DNA of 64,000 nt from Chromatiales bacterium (GCA_026982555.1 JALSGT010000036.1:13854-77853), one strand, 5' to 3'; shown: positions 48,884 through 59,798, counted from the first letter of the stretch. Translations and numbers: made by a program. Notes: generated by a model from the letters alone, not told the origin.

Positions 48884-48907
48884 CGGAATACAGGAGTCTC
48901 TCGAACG

Positions 48908-49177
48908 ATGATCCATCGTCCCGTTACCATTATCAACAAGCTTGGCTTGCACGCCCGCGCTGCCGCCAAACTGGTCGCGCTTGCCAGTCAATTTGGCAGT
49001 GATATCAAACTGATTAAAAACAGTACCGAGGTGAATGGCAAGAGTATTCTCGGAGTAATGATGCTGGCCGCCGCCAAAGGTACGGAGCTGGAGTTGATTG
49101 CTGAAGGTGCGGATGAAATAAAAGCACTGGATGCACTGGAAGATCTTATCGCGCGCCGCTTTGATGAGCCTGAATAG
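48908..49177 (+). CDS. ptsO: Phosphocarrier protein NPr (HPr family)
   Basis: 89 aa. Active-site His in NKLGLHARAAAKLV. Confidence 0.9.
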   Translation: MIHRPVTIINKLGLHARAAAKLVALASQFGSDIKLIKNSTEVNGKSILGVMMLAAAKGTELELIAEGADEIKALDALEDLIARRFDEPE

Positions 49178-49192
49178 CGTGCAGTTTTCTGA

Positions 49193-50269
49193 TCAGGGCA
49201 CAATCCATAAATGACTAAACCAGAAATAGCGCCCTGGCCTGGATGAGGGTGCAGTGCAGTTATAGCGACTGCGGCCACGCGGCAAGGGCGTTGGTGCCTG
49301 CACTGAAAAATGCCGCATTTTTCGATTCAGCCATTCAACGGTCATTGCGCCCTGGCCTGATAAAAAACACGATAGCTGATCCAGTCGTGCGTCACTTTTT
49401 GCCAGTTCAACAGTCATTCGAGGGGCTTCTTGTGCCGTAACCATTGGCTCCCACGGTCGTACTGCCACGACAGGAAAGGCAAGACTTTGCAGCTTTTGTT
49501 TAAAGTCAGGTAAAGCAGCAAAACGCTCTGCCATAGGGAAACGTGGCAAAGCACGCAAATCTGCACCCAAACCAACGGGCCCGGACTGCTGACCAAAAGC
49601 CACCAACCTCATCTTGGTTACCAGCTCCGCCAGTCTTTCGTTATATTCACCGTAGGGATAAGCAAAAAATGCGGGTGCTTTGCCCAGCTCTGCTGTAATG
49701 CGTTGCTGGGCACGGCCAATATCATTCTCTACGCGCTTGTACCATTGGTCGATTGTTTCCTCTGTCCGGCGTCGAATCAGATAATCATGTGTTGCTGAGT
49801 GATTTTCAAAACTGGCACCATACTGTTGCATTTCACGCATCTGCTGCCAATTCATGTAGGCCGAAAAGTGTTGGTCAATACCATCAGTGGCGACAAAAAC
49901 AGTAAATGGCCAGCCACGTTCACGCAGCCGTGGATAAGCTTCGTCAAACACTGATTGATAAGCATCATCAATGGTGATGGCTACCACACGATCAGGAAAA
50001 GGCTTTTGTCGGCGCACATAATCCACCACCTTTGCCAATGGCCAGACCTGATATCCCGCCTGTGCCAGATAATTCAGATGGGCATCAAATTGCGCCAGTT
50101 GAATATTGGTTGATGGGTATTTATCCACACCGAAATGGTGATACATGAGTACCACGGCTTGTGATTCTTTCGCCTGTGTACTGGAAAATATACCCCCCAT
50201 TAATAACGCCGCCAGCATGCTGATCAAATGGGAAAGTCGAGGGTTTTTAAGGTGTTTTAATGGGTGCAT
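49193..50269 (-). CDS. Polysaccharide deacetylase (NodB/CE4 family), secreted
   Basis: 358 aa with a signal peptide. CE4 motifs VAITIDDAY, FTVFV and NHSATH. Confidence 0.8.
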   Translation of the reverse strand: MHPLKHLKNPRLSHLISMLAALLMGGIFSSTQAKESQAVVLMYHHFGVDKYPSTNIQLAQFDAHLNYLAQAGYQVWPLAKVVDYVRRQKPFPDRVVAITIDDAYQSVFDEAYPRLRERGWPFTVFVATDGIDQHFSAYMNWQQMREMQQYGASFENHSATHDYLIRRRTEETIDQWYKRVENDIGRAQQRITAELGKAPAFFAYPYGEYNERLAELVTKMRLVAFGQQSGPVGLGADLRALPRFPMAERFAALPDFKQKLQSLAFPVVAVRPWEPMVTAQEAPRMTVELAKSDARLDQLSCFLSGQGAMTVEWLNRKMRHFSVQAPTPLPRGRSRYNCTAPSSRPGRYFWFSHLWIVP

Positions 50270-50504
50270 GGGTAAATTTTATTCCATTTAAGCGTGTGTC
50301 AGCACTATAGCAGGCGTATTTCTGGCCGCTATGGTCACAAGATTTAAAAACAACCACGTCACTCATAAACAGACAGGCGGGTTGTGCATTATTACCTTGA
50401 ATACAAACGGGCATCCGGCTATTTTCCATGAAGGATAGCGCATATATAGACGGTGTTAACCACGGTCAGCGCGTTTTCTGGAAAACCTGAGAGCAAAGCA
50501 AATT

Positions 50505-50939
50505 ATGCGCAGCTTTATCCGACATCCTTCAAGTATCCCTGTTGATTTTCAACTGGAAGAGCTGGTCACCGATGGTGGTGACTATCTTAAAAATGTCAGC
50601 CAGGGCGGGCTTGCCTTTCATTCCACGGTCACGCTGAAACCAGGTACCACTATCCGCATCAAGATCCCATTGGTATCCCCCGTATTTCAGGCTATTGGCA
50701 AAGTCACCTGGTGCCACCCCCTGCAAAATACCTTCGAAATTGGCATCCAGTTTCTGGATGAAAATGATTCTTTTCGGGCGCGTATGGTTGAGCAAATTTG
50801 CCATATTGAACAGTATAAACAGGAAGTTTTCGACAAAGAGGGACGTCAGCTCAGCGGTGAACAGGCTGCCGTGGAATGGATTCAGAAATATGCAACAGAT
50901 TTCCCCAATGCTGCCGACACAGAAAACAACAGCGATTAA
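50505..50939 (+). CDS. PilZ-domain protein (c-di-GMP receptor)
   Basis: 144 aa. PilZ motifs RSFIRH (RxxxR) and NVSQGGLAF (D/NxSxGG). Confidence 0.75.
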   Translation: MRSFIRHPSSIPVDFQLEELVTDGGDYLKNVSQGGLAFHSTVTLKPGTTIRIKIPLVSPVFQAIGKVTWCHPLQNTFEIGIQFLDENDSFRARMVEQICHIEQYKQEVFDKEGRQLSGEQAAVEWIQKYATDFPNAADTENNSD

Positions 50940-50984
50940 TATTTTTAATCCTAAATTAATCAGGCAACCCGATAGATACCGACT

Positions 50985-51839
50985 ATGAATGAAAAGATTC
51001 AGGATTTACTGAGCAATGTTGAACAGCTGATTTCACTGCCAGCAGCCTATGTGAGGCTTAACGAGCTGGTGGATGACCCCGGCAGTAGTACGGATGATAT
51101 TGCACATGTTATTACCCAGGACGTTGCGCTCACCGCCCGTCTGTTACGGGTTGCCAACAGCCCGTTGTACGGGCTGTCTACACAAATCGATACGGTGTCA
51201 CGCGCCGTTACCGTGCTCGGTACCCAGCAAGTACGCAGTCTTGCCCTGGCAACGTCCGCGTGCAAGTCTTTTGAGGGTATTCCCAACGAACTGATGTCGA
51301 TGGAAAACTTCTGGGAGCATAGTATTCTTTGCGCCCTGTGCGCACGCACTCTCGCTTCAGAGTGTCTCAAACATCAACGCGAGGCCGTGTTCGTTGCGGG
51401 TCTGTTACATGATATTGGCCAACTGGTGTTGTACCGCACCTTGCCGGATCTTTCGCGCCAAACCCTTGAAGCCTGTCTCGATAGCCCGGATGAACTGGAA
51501 TCCCAGGAAGCCGAGCGGGAAATCATCGGTTTTGATCATGCGGAAATCGGCAGCGAACTGGCGAGCAACTGGTCGTTGCCCGCTAGCCTGCAAGTATGCA
51601 TTGCCTATCACCATGACCCGGCACAAGCCACACAAAACCGTGTGGAAACCGCCATTGTACATATTGCTAACAGTATTGCCGCTCTGGTCGAATTGAACAC
51701 GCACGAACTGGATAATGCGCCACGTATCCACGATATTGCCTGGGAACTAACCGGACTTGAGCAGGACATTATTGTACCCACAATAACCAGTGTGCAGACG
51801 CAAATCGGCGATGCGCGTGCGCTGCTCACGGGCAGTTAA
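50985..51839 (+). CDS. HDOD-domain signalling protein
   Basis: 284 aa. HDOD N-terminus LPAAYVRLNELVDDPGSSTDDIAHVITQDVALTARLLRVANSPLYGL; HD-like GLLHDIGQLVL. Confidence 0.8.
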   Translation: MNEKIQDLLSNVEQLISLPAAYVRLNELVDDPGSSTDDIAHVITQDVALTARLLRVANSPLYGLSTQIDTVSRAVTVLGTQQVRSLALATSACKSFEGIPNELMSMENFWEHSILCALCARTLASECLKHQREAVFVAGLLHDIGQLVLYRTLPDLSRQTLEACLDSPDELESQEAEREIIGFDHAEIGSELASNWSLPASLQVCIAYHHDPAQATQNRVETAIVHIANSIAALVELNTHELDNAPRIHDIAWELTGLEQDIIVPTITSVQTQIGDARALLTGS

Positions 51840-51931
51840 GAAGTGCATAGGCTTCCAAACCTTCTCTATTCTTCGCCCAATAAAAAACCGCGACCATGAT
51901 GGCCGCAGTTTTTTATTGATGCCCGTTTGCA

Positions 51932-52765
51932 TTACATCGCCAAAGCAACCTTCGTATCCTCATCCGCCGTGAGCTTATTCAGTGCCACAACGGCATCCTG
52001 CGAACCCTGTGCCGCAGCCAGGCTCAGCCAATACTGTGCTTGACGGATATCGCGCGGCACACTGGTGCCTTCGGCATATAAACGACCCAGGCTCAACTGT
52101 GCCAGTGTATGACCTTGCAAAGCCGATTTTTCCATCCACTTCAAGGCTAGCACCATGTTGGTTTTCATACCCAGCCCCTGCTGATACATGCCTGCCAGCT
52201 TATATTGCGCATCAGCGTTACCTTTTTGCGCATATACATCAAACTCAGAAGCAGCGATCTGATAGAGGCGACGGCTTTCCTGTGTGTTAGCGCTTACACC
52301 TTTTGCGCCCTTGGCAAGCACAACGCCGAGCTGATAATAAGCATCCGGGTGACCTTGTTCTGCGGCTTTGCGGTACCACTCAACAGCACGTTGTGCATCA
52401 TTTTGCTCTTCTGAAAGATAGATATTACCTAACGAAAACTGTGCATGAACAACCCCTTTTTCGGCAGCCTTGCGTGTCCACTTCAGGGTTTCAGACTGTA
52501 TATCCTCAGCATAGAGTTTGTTTTCCGCGAACAGACGCATCAACATATGCTCCGCCCCGTCATTGCCTGCATCCGCAGCACCCATAAAATGCTGCCCCGC
52601 CTCGGTATAATTGCCCACGGCGTAAGCCATCAAACCATCTTCATATAAATCAGCCTGCACACTAAAAGCCGTCATGCCTAATGACAAACCAAGAACGGCC
52701 CTGCAAAAAAATCCTGGCGTACTACGTGCTACATTCTGTGTGTGGCTATATGCAAAAATCATCAT
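51932..52765 (-). CDS. Sel1-repeat (TPR-like) secreted protein
   Basis: 277 aa. Signal peptide, then about 6 Sel1-like repeats (AxxWYRKAAEQGHxxAQYxLG pattern). Confidence 0.8.
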   Translation of the reverse strand: MMIFAYSHTQNVARSTPGFFCRAVLGLSLGMTAFSVQADLYEDGLMAYAVGNYTEAGQHFMGAADAGNDGAEHMLMRLFAENKLYAEDIQSETLKWTRKAAEKGVVHAQFSLGNIYLSEEQNDAQRAVEWYRKAAEQGHPDAYYQLGVVLAKGAKGVSANTQESRRLYQIAASEFDVYAQKGNADAQYKLAGMYQQGLGMKTNMVLALKWMEKSALQGHTLAQLSLGRLYAEGTSVPRDIRQAQYWLSLAAAQGSQDAVVALNKLTADEDTKVALAM

Positions 52766-53052
52766 AGCTCTCCTGCTAATCCGGTTAAATGTTGTGGTGA
52801 ATGTTGATTGTTTGTCTTGTGCTGCGTTGGTCGAGCATCTTTACGGCCATCAGCGGATATACTGAACCCTGAGGATCTGAAAATGTGATAAAGATCACCC
52901 TGCAATTCTTTTTTGATGATATTTGAAATATTTATCAATATTTAGATGCTCATTGGTGTATTTTTATGGTAAAAAGATAGGTCGGACTTTAAATAGTATA
53001 AAAATATAACGGGGTATAATTTTATCTTATATCAATATAAGGGGTGTTTGCG

Positions 53053-54006
53053 GTGAAACTGCAACAACTACGGTATATCTGTGAAGTTGCCAGGCGGGGG
53101 TTAAATGTTACCACGGCGGCCGAACGTCTGTTCACTGCCCAATCAGGTATCAGCACCCAGATTCGCCTGCTCGAAGAAGAATTAAATACACAGATTTTTG
53201 AGCGTCATGGCAAACGACTGACCGGTGTCACCCAGGCAGGCGAAAGCATTATTACGATGGCCGAGCGTATTCTTACCGAAGCTGAAAATATCCGCCAGGT
53301 TGCTCAGCAGGTAAACGATGACAGCAAAGGCACATTATCGATTGCCACCACGCACACTCAGGCTTATCACGCCCTGCCGAAAGTTATTGCCAAATTCACC
53401 GAGATCTACCCCGATGTAAAACTGCGTATCCATCAGGGAAACACACAACAAATTTATGACATGCTGCTCAGTCGCACGGCCGATGTCGCCGTGACCACCG
53501 CCAGTAAAAACATGCCTAAAGAGCTGGTGATGCTGCCCTATCGGGAATGGAGTTTATCGGCCATCACCCCTCCGGGACACCCGTTGACGCAGGAGCCCGA
53601 GCTGACGCTGTCCGCACTGGCAAAATACCCGTTAATTACTTACGACCACGAAGTTGCGGGTCGCGCTGCTATCAATCAAGCCTTTACTGACGAAGGCCTG
53701 CTCACCAACATTGCGCTCACCGCACTGGACTCTGACATCATCAAAAAATATGTCCGATTGGGATTGGGAGTGGGGCTGATTGCCGAAACCGCGCTGGATA
53801 ATAGCGAAGACAGCAATCTCGCTGTAATGCCTGCCGGCCATCTGTTTCGTCCCAGTACCAGCTGTGTCTGTGTGCATCGTGGTCGTCACTTGCGCAACTA
53901 CGTTTATGCCTTTATCACCCACATCACCCCGCAGCTGACTGAAGATGCCGTGGAAGGCATTCTGCACTGGGAATCCACCAAGGGCGAAAACCAGACAGTG
54001 CGCTAA
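53053..54006 (+). CDS. cysB: LysR-family transcriptional regulator CysB
   Basis: GTG start giving MKLQQLRYICEVARRGLNVTTAAERLFTAQSGISTQIRLLEEEL, colinear with E. coli CysB; about 317 aa. Confidence 0.85.
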   Translation: MKLQQLRYICEVARRGLNVTTAAERLFTAQSGISTQIRLLEEELNTQIFERHGKRLTGVTQAGESIITMAERILTEAENIRQVAQQVNDDSKGTLSIATTHTQAYHALPKVIAKFTEIYPDVKLRIHQGNTQQIYDMLLSRTADVAVTTASKNMPKELVMLPYREWSLSAITPPGHPLTQEPELTLSALAKYPLITYDHEVAGRAAINQAFTDEGLLTNIALTALDSDIIKKYVRLGLGVGLIAETALDNSEDSNLAVMPAGHLFRPSTSCVCVHRGRHLRNYVYAFITHITPQLTEDAVEGILHWESTKGENQTVR

Positions 54007-54021
54007 AAGCGTTGGGGGGAT

Positions 54022-54609
54022 TTATCGTTTTTCGGCTTTTTGTCCAACGAACAGTGCTTCATTACGCAGCCCTTGCGTAATGTCGCCCAGAGCACCAATT
54101 TCGTGATACACCCGCAGTCGCAGCGGAGCAAACAGTGTCAGCAATTCATTTTCGGCCAATAAAAAATCGGGATTCGTCGGCCCTTGTTGATACACCTTGT
54201 TTTTTACAAATGTCTGATAAAACAACAAGCCACCTGGCCGCAACGCGGCACACAACGCTGGAGCCAAAGTCCGTTGCAAAAAATAGCTGACGACAATCAC
54301 ATCAAATGATGTTGGTATTGGTGGTTGGTTGTCCACATCACGCACGACAGCCTCCACCGGCAAACACTCTGCCGCTGTGCGCAACCGCAACGCATCAATT
54401 GCCACCGATGACAAATCCCAGGCTTGCACCGTCAGGCCTGCCTGCGCCAGTAACAGCGCGTTGCCGCCCAGGCCACAGGCCAGATCCAGTGCATCACCCG
54501 ATGCCGGCAACAGGTGCCGGTTTTCCCGTAAAACCGGTGCTGCCCGGGGTTTACCCTCTGCGGTCGCATACCGGCTATTCCACTTTTTCTGTGCGTGGTT
54601 TATTGACAT
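54022..54609 (-). CDS. Class I SAM-dependent methyltransferase (TehB-like)
   Basis: About 195 aa from MSINHAQKKW. SAM motif I LDLACGLGGNALLLA. Confidence 0.75.
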   Translation of the reverse strand: MSINHAQKKWNSRYATAEGKPRAAPVLRENRHLLPASGDALDLACGLGGNALLLAQAGLTVQAWDLSSVAIDALRLRTAAECLPVEAVVRDVDNQPPIPTSFDVIVVSYFLQRTLAPALCAALRPGGLLFYQTFVKNKVYQQGPTNPDFLLAENELLTLFAPLRLRVYHEIGALGDITQGLRNEALFVGQKAEKR

Positions 54610-54748
54610 TGTTTTCTCACATATTGTTTGCGGATCATGGGCCCACGCTTGACCACAGGCGGCCAATAGCGAAAGATCATTCTAGCCGAATCCGGCGAAC
54701 ACTATTGGTTCAACGGATTAACCCAGTTTTAACCGGAATATGATCACA

Positions 54749-54952
54749 ATGGAAAACAGAATAACTGACCTGGAAATTCGCCTTACCCATCAAGAGGCGG
54801 CATTGGAAGAAATGAATGATGTATTGTTGGCGCAACACAGGCTGATTGGCAAATTACAGGATGATCTCACTCGCTTGCGACGACAACTGCAAGACAACAA
54901 CACCGGCGATATGGGTGGACAGGTCAACGAGCCTCCCCCTCCACATTATTGA
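54749..54952 (+). CDS. slyX: SlyX family protein
   Basis: About 67 aa. MENRITDLEIRLTHQEAALEEMNDVLLAQHRLIGKLQDDLTRLRRQL is a canonical SlyX coiled coil. Confidence 0.85.
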   Translation: MENRITDLEIRLTHQEAALEEMNDVLLAQHRLIGKLQDDLTRLRRQLQDNNTGDMGGQVNEPPPPHY

Positions 54953-54994
54953 ACACGGTGATTTTTTATACACGCACAAAAACCGGCAAGAACG

Positions 54995-55138
54995 TTAATC
55001 CTGGAATTCGCAGTTGAACGCACTCTACAGGTTGTAGCGGCTCATTCAACCAGTACACCCGCCAAAACCACGACACAGGCTATTGATCAACATGTTAGTA
55101 CATCCTCGAAGCGGCCAACTGCGGAATCCAGGTTAATC
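54995..55138. mobile_element. MITE-like element, copy 3 (~144 bp, internally deleted) with intact TIRs
   Basis: Left end ttaatcctggaattcgcagttgaacg; right end cggccaactgcggaatccaggttaatcc, its inverted repeat. Ends 4 bp before the ATG of the next gene. Confidence 0.7.
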
Positions 55139-55142
55139 CACG

Positions 55143-55457
55143 ATGATCGATATTCTGTGGCTGATCACTCTGGGGCTGGGCATAGTGTACTGGTGGGACA
55201 GTGTGCGCACTCAAGAGCTTGCCCGGGATGCCGGATTACATGCCTGTCAACAAGCTGGCGTGCAATTTCTCGACGATACTGTAGAACGAAAACGGCAATG
55301 GTTCCGGCGCAATACGCAGGGTAAAATCCAGTTATGCCGTTTGTATTTTTTTGAATTTACCAGTGATGGTGCCGAGCGTTATCAGGGGCGCATCGTGATG
55401 TTTGGGCAAGCCTTGCGTGAAGTGGAAATGGATGCTTACCGCATCCCGCAGGAATAA
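55143..55457 (+). CDS. DUF3301 family small membrane protein
   Basis: 104 aa. N-terminal TM helix ILWLITLGLGIVYWW, then a conserved DUF3301-type region. Confidence 0.55.
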   Translation: MIDILWLITLGLGIVYWWDSVRTQELARDAGLHACQQAGVQFLDDTVERKRQWFRRNTQGKIQLCRLYFFEFTSDGAERYQGRIVMFGQALREVEMDAYRIPQE

Positions 55458-55458
55458 G

Positions 55459-56910
55459 TTATTTACGCCAGAAAGCCGGTGTCAGTAACACCAATAAAGT
55501 GAAAATTTCCAAGCGCCCCAACAACATGGCAAAACACAAAATCCATTTGGCGGTGGAATTGATATCACCATAATGCGCACCGACGTCACCCAGGCCGGGG
55601 CCAAGATTGTTCATTGAAGCCGCTACAGCAGAGAAGGCCGTGATCTGATCCAGCCCGGTCATCATGATCAATAACATCATTACTGCGAATGATGCGATAT
55701 ATAGCGCAAAAAACCCCCACACCGCATTGATGACGCGCTCGGATAATGGTTTGTTACCAATTTTAACGGGAATCTGCGCATTGGGGTGAATCAGCCGAAA
55801 GATTTCCCGCAACCCCTGTTTGACCAGCAACAAAAACCGGACCACTTTGAGTCCGCCGCCAGTGGAGCCTGCACAGCCACCGATAAAGCTGGTAAACAAT
55901 AATAATACCGGCAAAAACCCTGGCCAGTTGTAATAGTCTGTCGTCGTAAATCCACTGGTTGTACCAATGGACACCGCCTGAAAAATGCCATGGTGAAGCG
56001 CATTGCCAACAGTATCAAAAGTCTTCGTCTGGTAGAGATAAACAGTGGTAATAACAGCACTGACGGATAAAACAAAAAAGTAGGTGCGTACTTCCGGGTC
56101 ATACAAATAAGGCTTCAAGCTCATTCCACGCCAGGCCAAAAAGTGTAACGCGAAATTGATACCCGCAAGCAGCATGAATACGACAGCCACCATTTCGATA
56201 AGCATGCTGTCAAAGTAACCGATGCTGGCATCATGCGTGGAAAAACCGCCAATGGCGATAGTGGAAAAACTGTGTGCAATGGCGTCAAAACCACTCATGC
56301 CCGCTAGCCAATAGGCCAGAGCACAGCTGACGGTTAACCCCAGGTAGATGTACCACAATGCCTTGGCTGTTTCCGTGATACGCGGCGTGAGCTTGCTGTC
56401 TTTCATCGGCCCTGGCGTTTCAGCGCGATACAGCTGCATGCCACCGATGCCCAGCATGGGCAAAATAGCAACGGCCAGCACAATGATGCCCATGCCGCCC
56501 ATCCACTGTAGTTGTTGCCGGTAAAACAGAATGGCATGTGGTAAACCATCAATACCCGTCAGCACGGTCGCACCCGTGGTTGTTAACGCTGAAATGGATT
56601 CAAATACGGCATCCGTCAATGACATGTGAGGGGTTTCCGCCAACAGGAACGGCAACGAACCCGATAGACCCAATACCAGCCAGAATACGGCGACAATAAT
56701 AAACCCACCACGTAAGCGCACTTCCATTTTTACCTTGCGCACGGGAAACCACGTCACCAGCCCTATGGTCAGTGTCGCAATAAACGCACCAAGGAAAGGA
56801 TAAACCGCACCATCGCCGTACCACAGACCCACTGCGGCAGGTGGCAGTGTGGTGAAACTGAAGACCATCAACAACAGCCCGACGATGCGTTGAATAACAG
56901 CGCGTTGCAT
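55459..56910 (-). CDS. trkH: Trk system potassium uptake protein TrkH
   Basis: 483 aa polytopic membrane protein with Trk/Ktr repeated pore-loop motifs (GFST..., TTTGA...). Confidence 0.92.
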   Translation of the reverse strand: MQRAVIQRIVGLLLMVFSFTTLPPAAVGLWYGDGAVYPFLGAFIATLTIGLVTWFPVRKVKMEVRLRGGFIIVAVFWLVLGLSGSLPFLLAETPHMSLTDAVFESISALTTTGATVLTGIDGLPHAILFYRQQLQWMGGMGIIVLAVAILPMLGIGGMQLYRAETPGPMKDSKLTPRITETAKALWYIYLGLTVSCALAYWLAGMSGFDAIAHSFSTIAIGGFSTHDASIGYFDSMLIEMVAVVFMLLAGINFALHFLAWRGMSLKPYLYDPEVRTYFFVLSVSAVITTVYLYQTKTFDTVGNALHHGIFQAVSIGTTSGFTTTDYYNWPGFLPVLLLFTSFIGGCAGSTGGGLKVVRFLLLVKQGLREIFRLIHPNAQIPVKIGNKPLSERVINAVWGFFALYIASFAVMMLLIMMTGLDQITAFSAVAASMNNLGPGLGDVGAHYGDINSTAKWILCFAMLLGRLEIFTLLVLLTPAFWRK

Positions 56911-57017
56911 TGGCGTTACAGGGAAAAGGGAAAAGAAGAAAAGAGGCCGGAAATATACAGGCTGTCAGATTGAAACAAGGTCATTTTTTCCTTTCTCCTT
57001 TATTCTTTTCTCTGTTT

Positions 57018-58391
57018 TCACAGAAAGGTGACTCCAACCTGAAACAAACGCTCTACATCCGGAATACGTTCTTTGTCCACGACAAATAAAATGACGTGGT
57101 CATTGGCTTCAATCACGCTATCGTGATGAGCAATGATCACTTTGTCATCCCGCACAATAGCACCGATATTTGTACCCACGGGTAACTTGATGTCTTCAAT
57201 GGCACGCCCAACGACTTTGGATGATTTTTCATCACCATGTGCCACAGCCTCAATGGCCTCCGCCGCACCTCGACGCAGGGAATGCACGGCGGTAACATCA
57301 CCACGACGCACATGGGTCAATAAACTACCGATGGTGGCTTGTTGTGGCGAGATGGCGATATCAATAATACCGCTTTGCACCAGATCAACATAAGCGGCAC
57401 GGTTAATCAGCGCCATCACTTTTTGTGCGCCGAGACGTTTGGCGAGCATCGCGGAAAGAATGTTGGCTTCGTCATCGTTGGTAACTGCACAGAACACATC
57501 GGTGTGCTCGATATTTTCATCCATCAACAGTTCTTCATCAGCAGCGTCGCCATGCAGCACGATGGTTTTTTCCAGGTCGATAGAAATACGCTTTGAGCGT
57601 TCGGCATTGTGGTCAATCAGTTTGACCTGATATTTATATTCCAGCGCCTTGGCGAGACGTGTGCCGATATTGCCGCCACCGGCAAGAATGACTCGTTTGA
57701 CCGGGCGGTCCAGGCGTCGTAATTCTTTCATTACCACACGAATATGACGTCGTGCCGCGATGAAAAAAACTTCATCATCTGCTTCAATGACCGTGTCACC
57801 GTCAGGGGCAATGGCGTGACCGCGACGATAAATGGCGGCCACCCGTGTTTCTATGCCCGGCATATGTTCACGCAGGGTTTTTAAGGCCTGGCCCACCAGT
57901 GGGCCACCATAATAGGCCCGCACGGCCACCAGCTGGACTTTGCCGCCGGCAAAGTCCAGCACCTGTAATGCGCCCGGATGTTCAATCAGCCGTTGCACAT
58001 AGTCAGTGACCAGTTGCTCAGGACTGATGAGCACGTCCACGGGTAGTGCTTCCTGTGTGAATAACTGGGGGTGGGATAAATAACCAACACTGCGCACCCG
58101 GGCAATTTTGGTGGGTGTGTGAAACAGGGTGTAGGCTACCTGACAAGCGATCATGTTGATTTCATCGCTGTTAGTCACGGCTAAAATCATGTCTGCATCT
58201 TCAGCGCCGGCGCGTGCCAGCACTTCAGGATGGGCGGCTTCGCCCACTACGGTACCAATATCCAACCGGTCGCGCAGGGTTTCGAGTTTGGTTTCGTCGA
58301 TATCCACCACGGTGATGTCACTTGCCTCGGTGGCCAGCACTTCTGCCACCGAGGTGCCTACCTGACCCGCACCCAATATTATTATTTTCAT
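57018..58391 (-). CDS. trkA: Trk system NAD-binding component TrkA
   Basis: 457 aa with two RCK-N Rossmann domains ([16 protein letters not shown] and a second [13 protein letters not shown]). Confidence 0.93.
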   Translation of the reverse strand: MKIIILGAGQVGTSVAEVLATEASDITVVDIDETKLETLRDRLDIGTVVGEAAHPEVLARAGAEDADMILAVTNSDEINMIACQVAYTLFHTPTKIARVRSVGYLSHPQLFTQEALPVDVLISPEQLVTDYVQRLIEHPGALQVLDFAGGKVQLVAVRAYYGGPLVGQALKTLREHMPGIETRVAAIYRRGHAIAPDGDTVIEADDEVFFIAARRHIRVVMKELRRLDRPVKRVILAGGGNIGTRLAKALEYKYQVKLIDHNAERSKRISIDLEKTIVLHGDAADEELLMDENIEHTDVFCAVTNDDEANILSAMLAKRLGAQKVMALINRAAYVDLVQSGIIDIAISPQQATIGSLLTHVRRGDVTAVHSLRRGAAEAIEAVAHGDEKSSKVVGRAIEDIKLPVGTNIGAIVRDDKVIIAHHDSVIEANDHVILFVVDKERIPDVERLFQVGVTFL

Positions 58392-58406
58392 AAATCCCTG
58401 ACTTGC

Positions 58407-59765
58407 TTAGCGGCCCGCTCGTCGCGTATCAATTCCCAGAGTACGCAGCTTGCGGTACAGGTTTGTTCGTTCCATGCCCACCAGCCGGGCCACTTTGCCC
58501 ACGCTGCCACCAGCCTGTTGTAAGTGATATTCAAGATAGGCCTTTTCAAATTGTTCACGCGCCTGCCGTAAAGGCAAATCAAAATTTGCCGGGTCCATGT
58601 TCCCAAATGATACTGCACCCGCACCCAGTGCGGCTTCCACTTCATCCAGTCCAATATCGGTTTCCAGTCCAAGCACCAGTAAACGCCGTACTAAACCTTC
58701 CAGTTCGCGGATATTGCCCGGCCATTCATAGTGACGCAAGCGATTTTGTGCTGCCACCGTAAAATTACGATAAGGCAAGGCTTCTTTATCCACCAGCAGA
58801 TTAACGTAATACACCAATAATTCGGTCACATCTTCCACATGTTCCCGCAGGGCGGGTACATGCACTGGCACAACATTCAGTAGATGATATAAATCCTCAC
58901 GAAAACGGCCAGCGCGGATTTCCTGTTCCAGATCATAGTGAGTAGCGGTAATAATGCGCGCATCCAGGGTCAGGGGCTGGCTGCCATTCATGCGCACCCA
59001 TTTGCCCGTGCTTAAAACAGCAAACAGGCTATCCTGTATGTCGGCATCCAGCTCGGCGACATCGTCCAGAAACAGCGTGCCACCTTGTGCCTGTTCGAGA
59101 AATCCGGGCTGAATATCGGCGCCTTCTTCTTTACCAAACAACAATACATCACCCTGACCATCGTGAAATTGCCGGGTATGTACACCAATAAACGGGCCGT
59201 TTTGTCGCGCAGAGCGCGCATGAATATATTCGGCACTGAATGTTTTCCCGCTGCCGGGTTCACCATAAAACAGCACGGTTCCCGAATGATGTGCCAGTTT
59301 TTCCAGTTGTTCACGCAACAATTGAATTTGCACCGTTTTACCGACTGGCGGCACGGGTTGTAATGGCACGCATTGCAGGTTGTTCGGCGTATTTTGTTTT
59401 GCCTCCATCAGGGTATGTTCAACAGTGTGCAATAATTTGGCTAACGACAGTGGTTTTTCAATAAAATCCTTCGCGCCCAGACGAGTAGCTTCTACTGCGG
59501 TTTCCACATTGCCATGGCCGGACATCATAATGACCGGTGCAGTCATGGTCAGGTCACTGGAAAATTCTTTTAACAGGGTAATGCCGTCAATGTCAGGCAT
59601 CCAGATATCCAGCAAAATCATGTCGGGGGTTTTTTGACGCACCAAATGCCGTGCCGCTTCACCATTTTCTGCAATGGCGACGGCATAACCTTCATCTTCC
59701 AGAATATCTTTTACCAATGTGCAGATATCCGGTTCATCATCCACCACTAAAATATAAGGTTTCAT
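58407..59765 (-). CDS. ntrX: Sigma-54-dependent response regulator NtrX
   Basis: 452 aa. REC domain (VVDDEPD...D at ~54), AAA+ sigma-54 activator domain (GEPGSGKT, GAFTGA-like region), C-terminal HTH. Confidence 0.8.
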   Translation of the reverse strand: MKPYILVVDDEPDICTLVKDILEDEGYAVAIAENGEAARHLVRQKTPDMILLDIWMPDIDGITLLKEFSSDLTMTAPVIMMSGHGNVETAVEATRLGAKDFIEKPLSLAKLLHTVEHTLMEAKQNTPNNLQCVPLQPVPPVGKTVQIQLLREQLEKLAHHSGTVLFYGEPGSGKTFSAEYIHARSARQNGPFIGVHTRQFHDGQGDVLLFGKEEGADIQPGFLEQAQGGTLFLDDVAELDADIQDSLFAVLSTGKWVRMNGSQPLTLDARIITATHYDLEQEIRAGRFREDLYHLLNVVPVHVPALREHVEDVTELLVYYVNLLVDKEALPYRNFTVAAQNRLRHYEWPGNIRELEGLVRRLLVLGLETDIGLDEVEAALGAGAVSFGNMDPANFDLPLRQAREQFEKAYLEYHLQQAGGSVGKVARLVGMERTNLYRKLRTLGIDTRRAGR

Positions 59766-59798
59766 TATTTTGCTTTATCTTTATGATGCAAGAGTTTA

